The notes under the pieces were generated by a model. The model searched no databases, had not been told where the DNA came from, and worked only from the letters and a program-made list of their open reading frames with translations. Below, in pieces: positions 13,111-36,995 of a stretch of DNA of 64,000 bases; within the stretch, counting starts at the first letter, position 1, and each line of letters starts with the position of its first letter. The stretch comes from the human T2T-CHM13v2.0 reference genome, Homo sapiens. The translations under genes were made by a program, and so were the position numbers. The stretch lies in the NCBI RefSeq assembly GCF_009914755.1, contig NC_060935.1; one strand, written 5' to 3'.

Positions 13111-13554
13111 TAATATTTTTAAATTTCTTCAAAATCTTAGAGATCTCTCCAGCTACCCCCCAATTCAGTGTTTAGAAATGATGAATATGAAGCCTAAAAA
13201 GGTATAATCTCTCATATTAATTTATATAATGGATTAGTAAACAATTACAATCCGGGTGTTCTGTCTCCCAATTCAATGCTTTTTCCAGCTGTAATAGGTT
13301 ATCTCTGATGTTTCTATTTCAATTTCTCCTCATCTTAGGGTCAGTTGAAATATATCTTACTAAGGTGGGAACTTTTTAAAATTGTATAAATAGCAAAAAA
13401 AGTCACCCTTCATTTTAAGGGAAAAAATGCACCACCAACAATAAAAACATAACATCTGTGTTTCTAATTCTAAGCATTTTATTAATCAGTATTTCACAGT
13501 GGAAAATGGATATCTTATTTAATCATGTTCATTTGAACTCAACTTTTTAAATAT

Positions 13555-13680
13555 ATAAACTCTTTGATGGAATGGATCATGTCTTACTCATCCTTGTGTT
13601 CTTAACATGTAAGTCTGTACTCAGCACATAGTAGATGCTCAATAAATGTCAGATGAATTAGTGAATAAATGAATCAGTAG
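13555..13680 (+). mobile_element. L2 3' end
   Basis: gcacatagtagatgctcaataaatgtcagatgaattagtgaataaatgaat. Confidence 0.7.
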
Positions 13681-14675
13681 GTGAGTGGTCTCTCTTAGAT
13701 TAAAAGGCATGGTGAAGATTAAGTTTCTCTAATTAAAATTTAATTCCACCGTGGGAACCAGTTTCTGAATTTGCTATAACAGAAACTGAGAATTTGGTCT
13801 GTTTCTCCTGTTCTGATCACTTAGACAACTTTTGACAAATCCATGTATTGCTCCTGGCCTTTGTTTTTGCATTTAAATAGTGGTCTGAATGTGCTTCTTA
13901 GGTATCATAAATTTATTGAAGCAGTATTTTTCAAGTCCTTGCAAATCCTTAAGTGAAAGAGGGCACATTCACCAAGAATTATTATTTTATAATGACTTAG
14001 AAGAAAAGGATTCTTCAAATCAGTTTGCAAAAACAGCCACTTCAGTGACTTCCTATCTTTGCCCCAGTCTTCTAAATCAGTTAATAATAATTATTCCCTA
14101 TAAATCAGACCCCCTTGAAGTTTTTTCTTCTTTGCAGTTGCGGCATGCTGGCTGCCTTTCCCTCATTACATTTTATGTCTTTGTTTTGTTTGCACAGTCC
14201 CCTTTCTTCCTACCATTGTAATTCTCACTGTCATGAGATGCTAAATTTATGGATGAAAAAGTGTGGTTTCTAGCAGCTCTTAATAAAAAATGTATTCTAA
14301 TTACAAGAAAAAGGAATTAAAAATCAAAACACTCCGCTCTTTGCAAGGACTGATCTGCTTGCAGACTCTGACAAAAGACCTGTGAAAATGGCAAATTGCC
14401 CTGAAGAGAGCTCTATTTCCCATTTCCTGGACATTCAGAGATCTATGTGCAACAACACTCAATAAAATAGAACTCTGTTCTCTATAAGGGAGAAAAGTTA
14501 CTCTATACATATGGTTAGCATCTGGAGTATGGGAAAAAAATAAGTAGCATGATAGCGAAGGCACAGCAAACTTCTGAGACCGATGATCTTCTCTAAATCT
14601 AAGCCCCAAGATATAGCCCTCAAGCATCAGAGAAAAACATAAGGATGAAAGAAAGGAAACTAGCTATTGATTTTC

Positions 14676-17843
<3,168 letters not shown>

Positions 17844-18060
17844 TAAATATTTGCTGAGTGAATTGCAGACCAGATCAGAGAGTGTCAAACTTTGAAGAAA
17901 CTTGAGAAATAACCTACAGTTAATGAAGGTTCAGAAATATTAAATAGATTGCCTAAGATCATGAAGTGAACTACTGGAGGAGCTAAGACTAGGATCCAAG
18001 TCTCTCATCTCCTAATTCAGTCTTCTTTTCCACAAGAGAGTCAATATAGGTATTTATTTC

Positions 18061-18436
18061 TGGTATGTTTTGGCTGTGTCCCCTCCCAAATCTCATCTTG
18101 AATTGTAGTTCCCATAATCCCTACGTGTCGTGGGAGGGACTTGGTGGGAGGCAATTGAATCATGGGGTCAGTTATCCCCATGCTGCTGTTCTCTTAATAG
18201 TGAATGAGTTTGCATGAGATTTGATGGTTTTATAAGGGGCTTTTCCTTCTTTGCTCGACATTCACTTATCTTTCCTGCCTTCATGTGAAGAAGGACATAT
18301 TTGCTTCCCCTTCTGCCATGACTGTAGGTTTCCTGAGATCTCCCCTGCATAACTGTGAGTCAATTAAACCTCTTTCCTTTATAAATTACCCAGTCTCAGG
18401 TATTTCTTCATAGCAGCATGAGAACAGACTAATACA
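18061..18436 (+). mobile_element. THE1C-like MaLR solo LTR
   Basis: tggtatgttttggctgtgtcccc...gagaacagactaataca. 5-bp TSD atttc on both sides. Confidence 0.92.
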
Positions 18437-18908
18437 ATTTCCAACCACCTTCCCTTTCCATCTTCCAGTAAGGAAGAGCCACTGACCAATATGCTTACCT
18501 GCTTCAGAATTTATTCTCCCTTTAGTTGGTTTTACCCATAAGCCCACCTAAAAACAATAAGGAGTTCACAAAAGTCATCTGAGCCAGGAATCCTCTCCAT
18601 GTTCTTTTTCTATGGTGCTGTGGCAGTGAACAAATCACAACCTCTGTGTTTCTTTTAGCATTGTTTTTCAAATAAACTATCATATAAATACCACACATTA
18701 GATACATATTAGGAGGGTACCATGGAAATATACTCAGAAAAAGATTGTTTATATAAATAGTTCACTGAGAGATTAAATATCAATTAAACCTTTGTAAAAA
18801 CTGATTTCTGGTCCAATTTGTCCTCCTTTACTTGTGCTATAGCTGTATATTGTGCATATTAATTATTGCACTTATCACTTTGTGCTAAAATGTATTTTTA
18901 TTTATGTT

Positions 18909-18935
18909 TATATATATGAAATATATATATATTTC

Positions 18936-18978
<43 letters not shown>
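18909..18978. repeat. Compound (TA)n/(TACA)n/(CA)n microsatellite
   Basis: Direct inspection of the sequence. Confidence 0.95.
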
Positions 18979-18979
<1 letters not shown>

Positions 18980-20349
18980 CCTCTACTCCAAGAAGGCTGA
19001 GAGCACTTCAAAAGCAGCACATCAAAAGATTCAATAATAAATTATGTTTGATCACAGAGACTGGCATAAAGATAGGATATCATTGACACATATCTGTTGG
19101 GTGTACGACTTTCTAAGGGACTTTGCCAAAGGTCAGTCTTTAAGGACAACCAAGGGAAAGACCAAATCACTTTGCTAATTTCTCAATTTCAATCCAGTAA
19201 CTACAATCGCACCCAAAGATCACCTATGTGTCCTGCGTTTAAGCTATTTCTGGTGGCTGCACCCAACTGGCAAATCAGAACATGCCATGCTGGAAACTTA
19301 ATAAGTTGTTATTTTTTAACTTATTTAAAAAACATCATATTTTGGGTTCCAAAATCCCCAACATCTATTTATAATATTGTGATGCTTATTTTAAAAAACT
19401 AAATGGATTTTTTTAGAAAAATGTTTTTACTAACCTACCATGAAACCTGAAAAGGATAACATGAGAATTAAATTGATAATATATTAATATCAGGCAATTG
19501 TTTTAGGGGACTAGAAGAAAATTATAGAGAAAGACTCTCTAGCAGTGGTCCCAATAATAAAAGAACAAAATTATGAAACTTATCAGCAGTCATTGAATTA
19601 TTGAGCCCCAGGCCCATTTGCTCCAGTTTTATGAGTCAAAAACCAAAACTGTGTGAACTGATAAATACTTAATCTTCACAAACATCAGAGTCAAATTAAG
19701 GAAATCATCCAACACACCAAATGCAGCTCAGCACATCATAAAACCATTAAAACAGAAACCTTATACCAAGGAAGCACCAGACACATCAGGATCTTGTGCA
19801 AATGGAATAATTATAGCCAGATGGAACAATAAACTCTGATGCTAGGCAGCATGAACCTTGGCACAGTGAATATATGTCATGTGGAAAGTCAAGAGGGGGT
19901 CTTCATAGAATCGTCAAAAGGAGACACAGAAAATTCATCCTGAACCAAGAGAGGAAGAAAAGCCTTGGATTTTAAGAAGTCAAAATGACCAGATGATATG
20001 TGTATAATAGAAATACCAGGGTTACTGAAGCAAGACAGAACCAGGTACTAAAAATAAATCTACCACCTATTAGTTGTGGCATTAAATTGTTAGTTCTTTT
20101 GTTTCCTCTAGAAATTCAGAGTCACAGCACCCATGTCATAGGATTGGCAGGATTAAATATAGATTCTAATCCTAGACAAATCAGAGTACACTCTCTCAGT
20201 GACCCAACCTGTAAAATGTTGGTTTGAGTAAACACTGTGATAACTCCCGAATAGTATAATCACATGACAAGTTTTCACCATTAATGTGATAATTTCTACA
20301 AAACCACTAGATTCTCATCTTCTATCTAAGTTGTTCAATGTGCTGGATT

Positions 20350-20530
20350 TCAAAGTAGTTACTAATGACACAGACAGTCCCATGCATTAACATTATTCTT
20401 CCTAGACATACAGGCAGAAGTTCCCAAGCCTCCTGTACAATTTGGTTGAGATCATGGGACTGGGTTCTGGCCAGTTAGATGTAGGTAGAAAGGGCAAGCC
20501 ACTTCTAGGACCTCCCTTAACATCCCTTAT
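20350..20530 (+). mobile_element. Old MLT1 LTR fragment
   Basis: ttcccaagcctcctgtacaatttggttgagatcatgggactgggttctggccagttagatgtaggtagaa. Confidence 0.55.
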
Positions 20531-20603
20531 GGAAATGGTTATATATTTTTCAGTCATTGATTGTCCACTGTGCTATGTTACATTATTTTCTATCCCTTAG
20601 TGA

Positions 20604-20872
<269 letters not shown>

Positions 20873-21511
20873 TGGCTATTTTTAATTATTAAAACACAGG
20901 CCAATCTAGTTTAAAACTTCAGTATTCAAAGCTTTCCCCACCTCCTTTCCCAGCACACACCAGAAAGGTGTCCCTGACTTTCCAGAGCGGAGAAAGAGCA
21001 TGAAAATAACTGAGCCTCTCCCTCCTCTAGGTCGGGGCTCTAATGCTGGAGTCAGTGAGGAAGCAGAGAAATGCAGTCTTCTTCGTTGACTGTCCACATG
21101 TCATTGTGAGGATGAGTCTGGCCTCACTCTGGTTCATTCAGGTTCTATTTGTGTTTACAGCTTCCTTTTATTGTTGGTCTTCACATCAGCACATGATTGT
21201 CTTGGGGACAATGCTAATCTTCTCTCTGGCTCTCCCCAAGGACCTGATCAACAGAGCATCTATTTCTCTCACAAGCCTTGTCTTCTGTACAAGCTTCCTC
21301 TCCCTTCTATGGGTTGGGCGTCCCTTTGTTTTGCCTAGTGGTCATTTGGACAGCCCTCAGCTGCCACACCTTCTCTACCATCTGAGCCCCCTTCTGGGGT
21401 GCCCTAGGAACTATTAGGTCTGAACTCTCAGAGGAGCAAAATGAACAAAACGTTGTGGAAGTTGCTTCATACTTCTCTCAGACGCGCCTCGCTATAGCCC
21501 TTCCAAGACTG

Positions 21512-21972
21512 TGTTACGCACAAAATGGGTGAGTTCAATCACTTGGTAGATGACAGTCCAATGACCAAAGCCAAGGAAGATTCAACAAAGGAATTGTATT
21601 CCTTGCAACAAGTAAGGAGGACTCCAAAGTGACGCCTCCCTGAACACAAGGTTTTCATTAGGCTGATTAACTGAGTCGTTATATGTAGTGGTGGAGTAAA
21701 GGCAGCACAGGCACTGTTGCCCATCATGCCTCTGTATATGTCGCATGTACAGAAAATTGTGAATAAGTTCCTCTCTGGGCAGGTTTTTTAGTATGGTAAT
21801 GAGGAGAGTTGGCCAAAGTTCATCTCCAACTCAGGTATCTCTGGATCCAACCAGTTTTGTTGTTTTTCTGGGGCTAAGCTTCTTCCTGGAGCCTTCTGAA
21901 ACAAGAAGTCAAGGTGCAACAGTTACAAGTGGGTACTCAAAAACCCAGGGTGATTCTCTGTGAGCTGTCTCA
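21512..21972 (-). mobile_element. ERV1 solo LTR, MER66-like
   Basis: The minus strand reads ttggatccagagatacctgagttggagatgaactttggccaactctcctcattaccatactaaaaa...ggtcattggactgtc...gtaaca. The 5' boundary is uncertain. Confidence 0.65.
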
Positions 21973-23784
21973 CTTCTTTTTTCTGCACTCCAAGAGGAAA
22001 GGGGGAAAAGGCTTCCGTCTAAGAGCACAATTCCCACCAGAAGGTCATCCACATGAGGATTAGGCCTCACTCCAGTCCCTTTCTCACTTAGACTTGAGTG
22101 TGGGTGTGGGGATACAGTCACTAGTGGAGAGGGGACTATTCCTTCCAAACTCTCAAACCCCTTCAGAGAAGTATCTGGCCTGAAGACAGGCAGTTCCCTG
22201 TGACTCTTCTCCAAAGGTGGGGCATTTAAAGCCTTCTGTTTTGAGCTTTCGCCTTAGCTCAGTTTTGATACAACAGTGAGAATCCGTTAGCTCAGGACCT
22301 CAATACTAAGTCATACACAGCACTCTTGAAATTCAGAAAAAAAGTGCACAAGGTTTTTATTTAATACGTTTCTTACCGCCTTTGCTCTGTCAGTTCACAA
22401 AGAAGGAAACAGTACATTTTGTGACAGAGATCATCAGAGACCGTACTTCTCTGCAATTTGAAGATGGAGAACATTGAATTCAATTTAGTGCTACATAACT
22501 GTATACCATTTCATGTTACCTGTAACACCAGGATACATTTTACCTTCTTCTGGCAGGAAATTAAGCCTTGCTAGTAGCCCATTCTGGTTCTTGGAAGAAG
22601 TTATATTCATTTCTTTCCTGCTCAGAAATGAGAATGAAATTGCTTTTGATGATAAAAGCAGCAATGAACCTCCAGCCTGTTCCTCGACAACCCAGGTTAC
22701 ACTCTGTCATTCTTTGATTGCCACAGAGGTTCCCACTCTGCAGAGTCCATTGAGAAGATCAGATCCTCTTGTCCATGTTTCACATGTCATTAGAGGGGTG
22801 GGTGGTGCCAGAGGCCTTCTGCACCATAGTTCAGAAGGCAGGCAGCAGAATGCATAAACCAAACCTGGTCTGGACAGAAGAAAGACAGGAATATTGAAAA
22901 CATGTAGAGCCTGGGAGATTTTCCCATTTATCTTTACCTGATGGAAGATGGTCTGCTGCTAAGTGAAGGATGGACCCACAGTAATGAAGCTGTCTGCAGT
23001 ACTGAGAGCTGTTTGGCCATGGCACATGGCTCAGAAATAGTGCAACTGCCAAGGTGTCAGAAGCCATCAATTGTCCCAGACTCACTTGCTGGGATTAGAG
23101 CCACAGAACATGGGGCTAAAACATCATTATTCTCCCAGATGAAACCACACTTACCTCTTTATCATCAGGATCCCCACACCAAACATTATTATTGATCAAG
23201 TCCCATTATTTCTCCAGGTACAGAGTCATGGAACATAACAGTAGTATCATCATTCTTCCTCACAGCTCACATCCACCAAGGAGTTATTTCCTTCTCTTCC
23301 ACATAAATTACAGTCCAGCAGCCCAGATCGTTTCCTTCTATGTGTCCTGAATACAGAGTAAGGGGCAAGGGAAGCCCAGGTAACCCTGTGTTGAGCTGAG
23401 CAGTTCTCTTCATAATTTCTGCCACTTGGTCAAAAGGTCCTCCATGTGCATCCACATCTACAAAGTACTCTCCAGCTAAGCTATGCAAATCAGGAATCTT
23501 CTGTGATGACAGACCTTCTGTTCTCAGTTTAAACTCTTCCAGTGAAGTGAAGTGGTGACTACCTCAAAATTGTCATTTCACTGATGGAAAGACCTAATTG
23601 CTACATATTTCTCATGAATAGTGACCCAGAATCTGCTTCCTTGTAACTTTCACTTACTGGGCTGCAAAACATAAGCTGAATTGTCCTTTACTATAACAGG
23701 CATTCAAGAATTAAAAAAAAATGACTTGACTCCCACATGAGGATATTTCTCCTGTAGTCTATCCCAATCTCTTCTCAATTTTCA

Positions 23785-24400
<616 letters not shown>

Positions 24401-24876
24401 AAAAAACATAATTTTCAGAAACATTTTCTTCCAAATTCTCTAGCAATACTTTTTAAATATTATGTATGGAACTATACCCAGTATTTCAGCCATGATCTTA
24501 TGAATGAGACCGACAGTAGGACCCTTTCCTTTGTGCACTTTTTTTATTTCTATAAATAATATGCAAAATTGCATTAATATATAATATAGTAAAACCTGCA
24601 TTATATTTTGTCTCATATTGAGCTTTTCAACTAAAGCTACAGCAAGATATTTAATAAATATCATATTTTAAATATATCTCCCCTAGTCTATAATGCAGCT
24701 GATTTTTTAAACCTAATGAAGCATTTTATATTTATTCCCAATTAAATTATATTTGGTTCATACTTTCAACTTGTTCCTCTCTCTTTGGATTCTAACGCTT
24801 ATCCAATTTATTGACTTTACCTTCTGGCTTCCTGTCACTCTAAAATGTAAACAACGAGTTATATTCTCATTCAAGT

Positions 24877-25430
24877 TGTTACAGGACAGGGACCCTGATC
24901 CAGGGCCCAAGAGAGGGTTCTTGGATCTTGCGCAAGAAAGAATTCAGGGCGAGTCCGCAGTGCAAAGTGAAAGTAAGTTTATTGAGAAAGTAAAGGAATT
25001 AAAGAATGGCTACTCCATAGACGGAGCAGCCCTGAGGGCTGCTGATTGCCCATTTTTATGGTTATTTCTTGATAATACGCTAAACAAGGGGTGGATTATT
25101 TATGCCTTCCCTTTTTAGACCATACAGGATAACTTCCTCATGTTGCTATGGCATTTGTAAACTGTCGTGGCGCTGGCAGGAGTGTAGCAGTGAGGACGAC
25201 CAGTTATCACTCTCGTGGCCATTTTGGTTTTGGTGGGTTTTGGCCAGTTCCTTTACTGCAACCTGTTTTATCAGGAAGGTCTTTACGACCTGTATTTTCT
25301 GCTGACCTCTTATCTCATCCTGTGACTTAGAACGCCTTAACCATCTGGGAATGCAGCCCAGTAGCTTTCAGCCTCATTTTACCCAGCCCCTGTTTAAGAT
25401 GGAGTTGCTCTAGTTCACACACCTCTGGCA
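24877..25430 (-). mobile_element. MER41A solo LTR
   Basis: tgttacaggacagggaccctgatccagggcccaagagagggttcttggatc...gatggagttgctctagttcacacacctctggca. 4-bp TSD aagt (24873-24876, 25431-25434). Confidence 0.93.
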
Positions 25431-26082
25431 AAGTCATTAATAAAAAATAGTAAAATGGACGTCAGAGCCTAGAAATACCTCTTAGAGAGACGGTTTAAAG
25501 CTGACACTGATACAGTAGCCAATATTCCTGAAGTATGTTTTACTATTTGTGAACTCCAGTATTTCCATACATTTCACCACCTTCAGTTAAACCCACTAAA
25601 CACTTACTAGCCTCTACTGTGTGCCAGTAAATACAAACATACTAGAATCTGTTCTCTGTCCTCAAGAGGCTCACAGTCTAATGGGGAAATGATCATGCTG
25701 GAAATAAATAGCAGTTATGGACCCTACAATACAAATGGACTTGGAGTCCAAAACAAGCTCAAAAAGGAGCACCAGAAGCTACCCAGAATTGTCGAAGAAA
25801 TTTCAAAAAAAGAGTATGAGGTGTTTTTTTTTCCCTTATCCCTTCCCCTACCACTTTTTTGAGTTGTCTCAAGAATGTGCAAAAGTAGATGATGACTGTA
25901 GTCTTGATAGGAAGGGTGGTGTAGATGGAAAAGATTGATTCTGTGTAGGTTCAACCAAATATAGGCCCATTTCACATGATTATCTTCCCTCTAGGTCCTA
26001 GATGTCTTATCCTCTAGCTCTGAGGCTTATAAGAGTCATAAGCGTTAAAGGGGAAGTTGTCTAGTTGGGTGAAGTATATATG

Positions 26083-26532
26083 TGTGAAAGGAAAATATAC
26101 TGGACTCCCAACATCACTAAGCTAAAAGGAAAATTCAAGCTGGAAACTGCTCAGGGCAAACCTGCCTCCCATTCTATTCAAAGTCATCCCTCTGCTCACA
26201 GAGATAGATGCATATTCTCATTGCCTCCTTTGCAAAGGCTTATCACAAACTCAAAAGAATGCAACCATTTGTCTCTCACGTACCTGTGACCTGGAAGAAC
26301 TATCCCTGCTTTGAGTTTTCCTACCTTTCTGGAGAGAATCAATGTACTTCTTACATATATTGATTGATGTTTCATGTCTCCTTAAAATGTATAAAATAAA
26401 GGTGTGCCCCAACCACCCTGAGCATAAGTCATTAAGACTTCCTGAAACTGTGTCATGGGCGTGTGTCCTCAACCTTGGCAAAATAAACTTTCTAAATTAA
26501 CTAAGACCTATCTCAGATTTTCTGGGTCCACA
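26083..26532 (+). mobile_element. MER4A-type solo LTR
   Basis: tgtgaaaggaaaata...ctaagctaaaaggaaaattcaagctggaaactgc...gggtccaca. 4-bp TSD tatg. Confidence 0.9.
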
Positions 26533-28800
26533 TATGGCACCAATAGGCATCAACCAGACATCACTGGTTGGGCTGGGCTATCAGAGGAACATATTGCTGT
26601 TGAAAGGAAGTCACAAAGGACAATGGACAGGTCATGTAGCGATTCCACACCACAGGTGTTGTATGGCGTTCTCTAGCTCTAACTCCCTCATCCCAGGCCT
26701 GTACAGTTAATAGGCTAGTCTCTAGGAAGGAAAGCTTTATGTTTCTACATCACGGTGTTTTTTTAAACCTTTTTTCTAGCCAAGAGTCCTTTTTGCTTCC
26801 CTGAAGACTTCAGACTTGAAATCCAAAGCCAACCACAGACTATTTTCTTCACTGTTTTTTGATGCATCATCACTTACTTACAGCAATATTTGCACACAAC
26901 CTATCTGACTCAAGGAAGGCCAAGTTCGGAAAGGAAAAAAGAAAAATGTTGGTTATTATTTCGAAAGTATTATTCTACCTCAGATGACAGGCAATCAGCA
27001 GACAGACGAGGAGATAGAGAGAACATTCCAGAGAGAGTACAGCATTACAAAATGCATGAGAAAACCTATCTTATGAACACTTCGTCCAATATCTTACTAA
27101 AATTCTGATTTTTTTCCTTGTTTTCTCTAACCTGCTTCAGAGAAAGAAAAGTCTTGATTTTTTTCTAATGAATTTCTCTAATCAAATCATTCAATGACAA
27201 AATCCAAGCAAAGGAAATTAGATTAGTCTAGCCAGACTGTGATTTGCAACTCATTGTTTTCAGTAATTTCATTTTCCTTCCAGAATGCTCACAATCCATC
27301 TCTAAATACTTTGATTCTGAATTTGGGGAGGGATTGATGTCTTCTTCATTGATGTGTTCTTTTCAGAATTTATCTCATTCCCCTTTTTAGAAAGTAGTGA
27401 TTTTCTCATTTTAAACATCCAGCACCTTTTTCATTCCCAGCAACTCTTTAAAAAAGTAAAAATTTAACATATTTATTGAGCACTTACTATGTTGCAGACA
27501 CTGTCCTAAGTGTTTACATCTATAAAAATTCAGGTTGGTAACCATGCCTTTTTGCCTTTTTCAATCTAAAGGCCATTTCCTTGATGTAGGAGATGGAAGA
27601 AGAATAGATATTCAATCATTCTCTTTCCTTTAACCAGCCAACTGCACACTGTCTACCCAAGCATTGAATCCATCCTTTTCTTGTTCTTCTTTCTTTAAAT
27701 ATGACATAGGTAAAACTGCATTTTCTGTGGCACAGTTCACAAGCTGCACTGGACTCTTCATAGTTTTGCAAGTTTGTTTCCCTCTTTGTTATCCACCCTT
27801 AATTTACATCACTACCTGTGTGTTCCACATATGAGCTCTTTAAAATCCAAGCTATAAACTAAATGTCCATTACTAGAGGGAAATGTAAAATTAATTAAAG
27901 TTTAAATTAATTATGGTGTGTTCATTACATAAAATAGTTCACAACCATAACAAAGAATGAAGTTCATCTATATGTTCTGACATAGGAAAATTTCTATGAT
28001 ATATTGTCAGATGAGGAAAAGTCGGAAAACAATACATAGCTAAATCCTGGTTGAGATTTTTAAATCATATATTTAATAGAAGTAGTATCTTACAAACATT
28101 TTATCATGAAATTTCAAGATTCCTCCTTAAAACATTGATCCCATGCAAGACTTGGGGGACTAGTCACTGAACAAAGTTTCATGAAAGGAAAGATCAAACA
28201 AGGTGAGAGAAGAAATAATTCAAACTTTTCTAGACTAAGAAATTGTGGAAAGAACAGAGCCAGAGGCCAGCTGAACCGATGGCAGAAAGCACTCAGGAAA
28301 TTGGCCTGTAGTTTTTTCCAAGATTGAGCCTGGGAGGAAAAAAAATGTCTTCTAATAGTTGAAGGGAGCACCAAGTTTAGAGGATTCTTATCATTCTCAT
28401 TTTGGATTCTGTGAGGAGACCGCTAGTTAAGCGGGGTCAGCATAGTTAAGAGGGTGGAGTAGCATCAGGGAGAGAGGAGGAGGGATAAAACTCCTGAATC
28501 TCCCTTAGTTCTTGTGAAGCAAGGGCACCTTCAGTGGACGTCAATCCCACGAGCCTGAGATGGGGTCCACTGTGATGGTGAGTGAGGTAACTCCTCAACA
28601 AAGGCTTGGCCCACAGTCGAGACGGAGGATGTGGCAGAGATGGAGTGGAGAAGTATCAATCACATGCTTCAGAGCCAAGGAGAGGCCTCGCTGAGCAAGG
28701 AAACTGTTGGGCCTGAACAGAACAAGAGAGACCAGATCTCAAGTTATGTGGGACACCAACTTTAGGAATCAGGTGGACAGCAACATTCAGTCAGGGAGAG

Positions 28801-30784
<1,984 letters not shown>

Positions 30785-32069
30785 TACATGCTGCAAGGTA
30801 ATATATTGTTGTTTTTGTGTGTCATGTATTATCCTTATTGGTACCAAGTTTCTGAGTATTTGTCACCTTCCTTTGCTTAAGCCACTAAATATTCAAATTA
30901 AATATGTTCTTCTTTGTCTTTATAGTGTGACTGTTTCACGCCCCCACCCCCCACCCCCAGAGATCACTATTATGCTATTATGAAATCACAAAGCAGAAAA
31001 AATGCACCTTATTCTTCAATAGAATCTATGACAACAGGTGTCAACAGGTATTCAGGGTCTACCTTCCTTTTCTTCCTTTTCCTCCTTCTCTATTCTCCTT
31101 TTTTGTCTCCCAAAGTTGTCACCTTCTACTAGAGGAAGAGCCGAATCCATCCAAAGTCTTTGGTCTTCTCTCCAAAACTTTGCAGCCCCCTAGAGATATA
31201 TACATTCCAATTCCTTCTGGTGACAGCAGACTGCCCCACATGGGTCAGCAGCAAAAGGCCATAAGTTTGATGAGCTTGATTACTCTTTGAAAGGTCTCCT
31301 CTGGCTTCAAAAACTGTATCCTCTCTCTTTCTCTCTCATTCATGCAAACAAACCCTTTCAAGGATAATTCTGTCTCAGTGCTGTGTTAGGCGGCATATGG
31401 AGAAAAGTATTGAGAAAGCAGGCAGATCCCAACATGGGACTTCAGGAGATTTAGCATCATTCATAGAAAGTCTGAGTGTTCTCTGAAAAAGAAACTCACC
31501 TTGTAAAGACAAAGCATAATGAATGTATTGAAATATTTAGTTGCTTAAGCAAAAGAAGGTGACAAATACTCGGAAACTTGATACCAAAAAAGATAATACA
31601 TGACATACAAAAAAAGTGGCATATGGATCTGTGATGTCTGTTAATGTGTGTTTTTTCTTAACTTTATCCATGAACATCCAGCTTTCCTTTAAGTTCAGGG
31701 CTTAGTTAATAACCAAGCTGCTCCACCAATCTGTTAGCAGCCACCCGAACCACAAGCTAACTTTTTAGGAGGAATTTAGGAGGCATACGAGAGTTAGCAT
31801 TACAAACCCACACAAACAGTAAGGTAATATTGCTACTGTGTGAATTCCTTCCAAAGGATTTAGAAACAATATGTTCATCAACTTACAGATGGTCAAATAG
31901 GAGGAGTAGATAAAGCAATACAGCACCCAGGGAATTAACCATATCCAGTGATCACCAGCACTCAGTGATCACTACCCATTTGTTTTGTAATGTTTTATGA
32001 TGTATGATCTAACCCTGATGCCAGAAAATAAAACAATAGCAACATACTAAACACCATAATATACGGTAA

Positions 32070-32370
32070 TAATAACAGCTACTATTTGTTGATCAGTTAC
32101 TGCATGCTAAGCACTGGACAAGTATGTTATAAAAATTGTCTCAATTATTCTTTGCAGCACTCCTATAAGATAGGTATTATGATTATCTTCATTTAATAGA
32201 GGTTGAGTAATTCACCCTAAAACAGTTATTATTCTTCATTTTCCAGATAAGATAAATGACATTTACTGAAGTAATTTAATCAATATAAGTGAATAAGTGA
32301 GTGGCAGAATAGGAAATTCACATCTAGGTGTATGTGGGCTCAGAAACAGAACACCTAACCACTCTCAGAT
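32070..32370. mobile_element. MIR fragments
   Basis: aataacagctactatttgttgatcagttactgcatgctaagcactg...taggtattatgattatcttcattt...gtgagtggcagaataggaaattcacatctagg. Confidence 0.7.
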
Positions 32371-32696
32371 TGTTACCAAATGAATAGGGCATAAGAAGGG
32401 GAAGCGAGCCTTTCATTTTTATGCAGCAATGAAATTGAAACCAAAAATAGATATGGCCAAGGATGTCCACAACGCCATACTCTGTCAACTCTAGGATCAG
32501 CAATAGCACTGATGAGCTGTGAAAAGAGAAAGATGATTATATAGAATATATCATATAATAGCATTATACAATTCAATACATCATTGGATTAAATGACATA
32601 TAAAATACCATTATATGTCATATTCATATATGACGTATGTATTATACATTATGTATTATATTAATAGTATATTATATATTATTCATAATACATTAT

Positions 32697-33119
32697 TGTA
32701 TTAGTCCATTCTTGCTTTGCTATTAAGAAAACCTGAGAATGGATGATTTATAAAGAAAAGAGGTTTAATTGGCTCACAGTTTTGCAGGCTATACAGGAAG
32801 CATGGTGCTGACATCTGCTCAGCTTCTGGGGAGGCCTCAGGAAGCTTACAGTTATGACAGAATGTTAAGGAGTAACAGGCACGTCCCATGGTGAAAGCAG
32901 GAGCAAGAGAGCGAGAGGGGTGCTACACGCTTCTAAATGACCAGACCTCATGAGAACTCACTCACTATCATGAGTACAGTACCAAGAGGGATGGTACTAA
33001 ACCATTTGTGAAGAATCTATCTCCATGATCCAATCACCCCCCACCAGGCCCCACCTCTAACATTGGGGATTACGTTTCAATATGAGATTTGGGCAGGAAC
33101 AAATATCCAAACTGTATCA
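32697..33119 (-). mobile_element. MSTA-like MaLR solo LTR
   Basis: tgtattagtccattcttgc...caaatatccaaactgtatca. 5-bp TSD attat. Confidence 0.92.
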
Positions 33120-33507
33120 ATTATGTGTTATAGTATACTATATATTACATATTGTAGCATATTATGTAAGTCCAACTGAGGGCTGTGATATTCAACTCTC
33201 ACAGATGGCAGTTTCATGCCCTCAACAGAAGATAAACAACACAGAGATAGAAGTTAGCTTTCATCTTCTCCACTATTATTCTGCAACAAAAGCATCATAT
33301 AAATGCAATAAACTCATGTGAATAAACATGTTATATATAACTTGAATGTGCATTTACACAATGTGAAGAGAAATAAACAAGCAAATTTGCTTATTAATCC
33401 TGCAAATGGCTGACATGTTTAGCAAAGACTAAACAGACATGCGTTAAAAAGCTAAACATGCATTTCACTGAAAATACTGTACCCATGTCAGAGGCACACA
33501 CATTTTT

Positions 33508-36995
<3,488 letters not shown>

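Noticed and set aside
22370-22480. Possible splice acceptor and exon (ctttgctctgtcag|ttcacaaag...)
   Set aside because: Short frame ending in a stop, no recognisable protein and no supporting partner exons.
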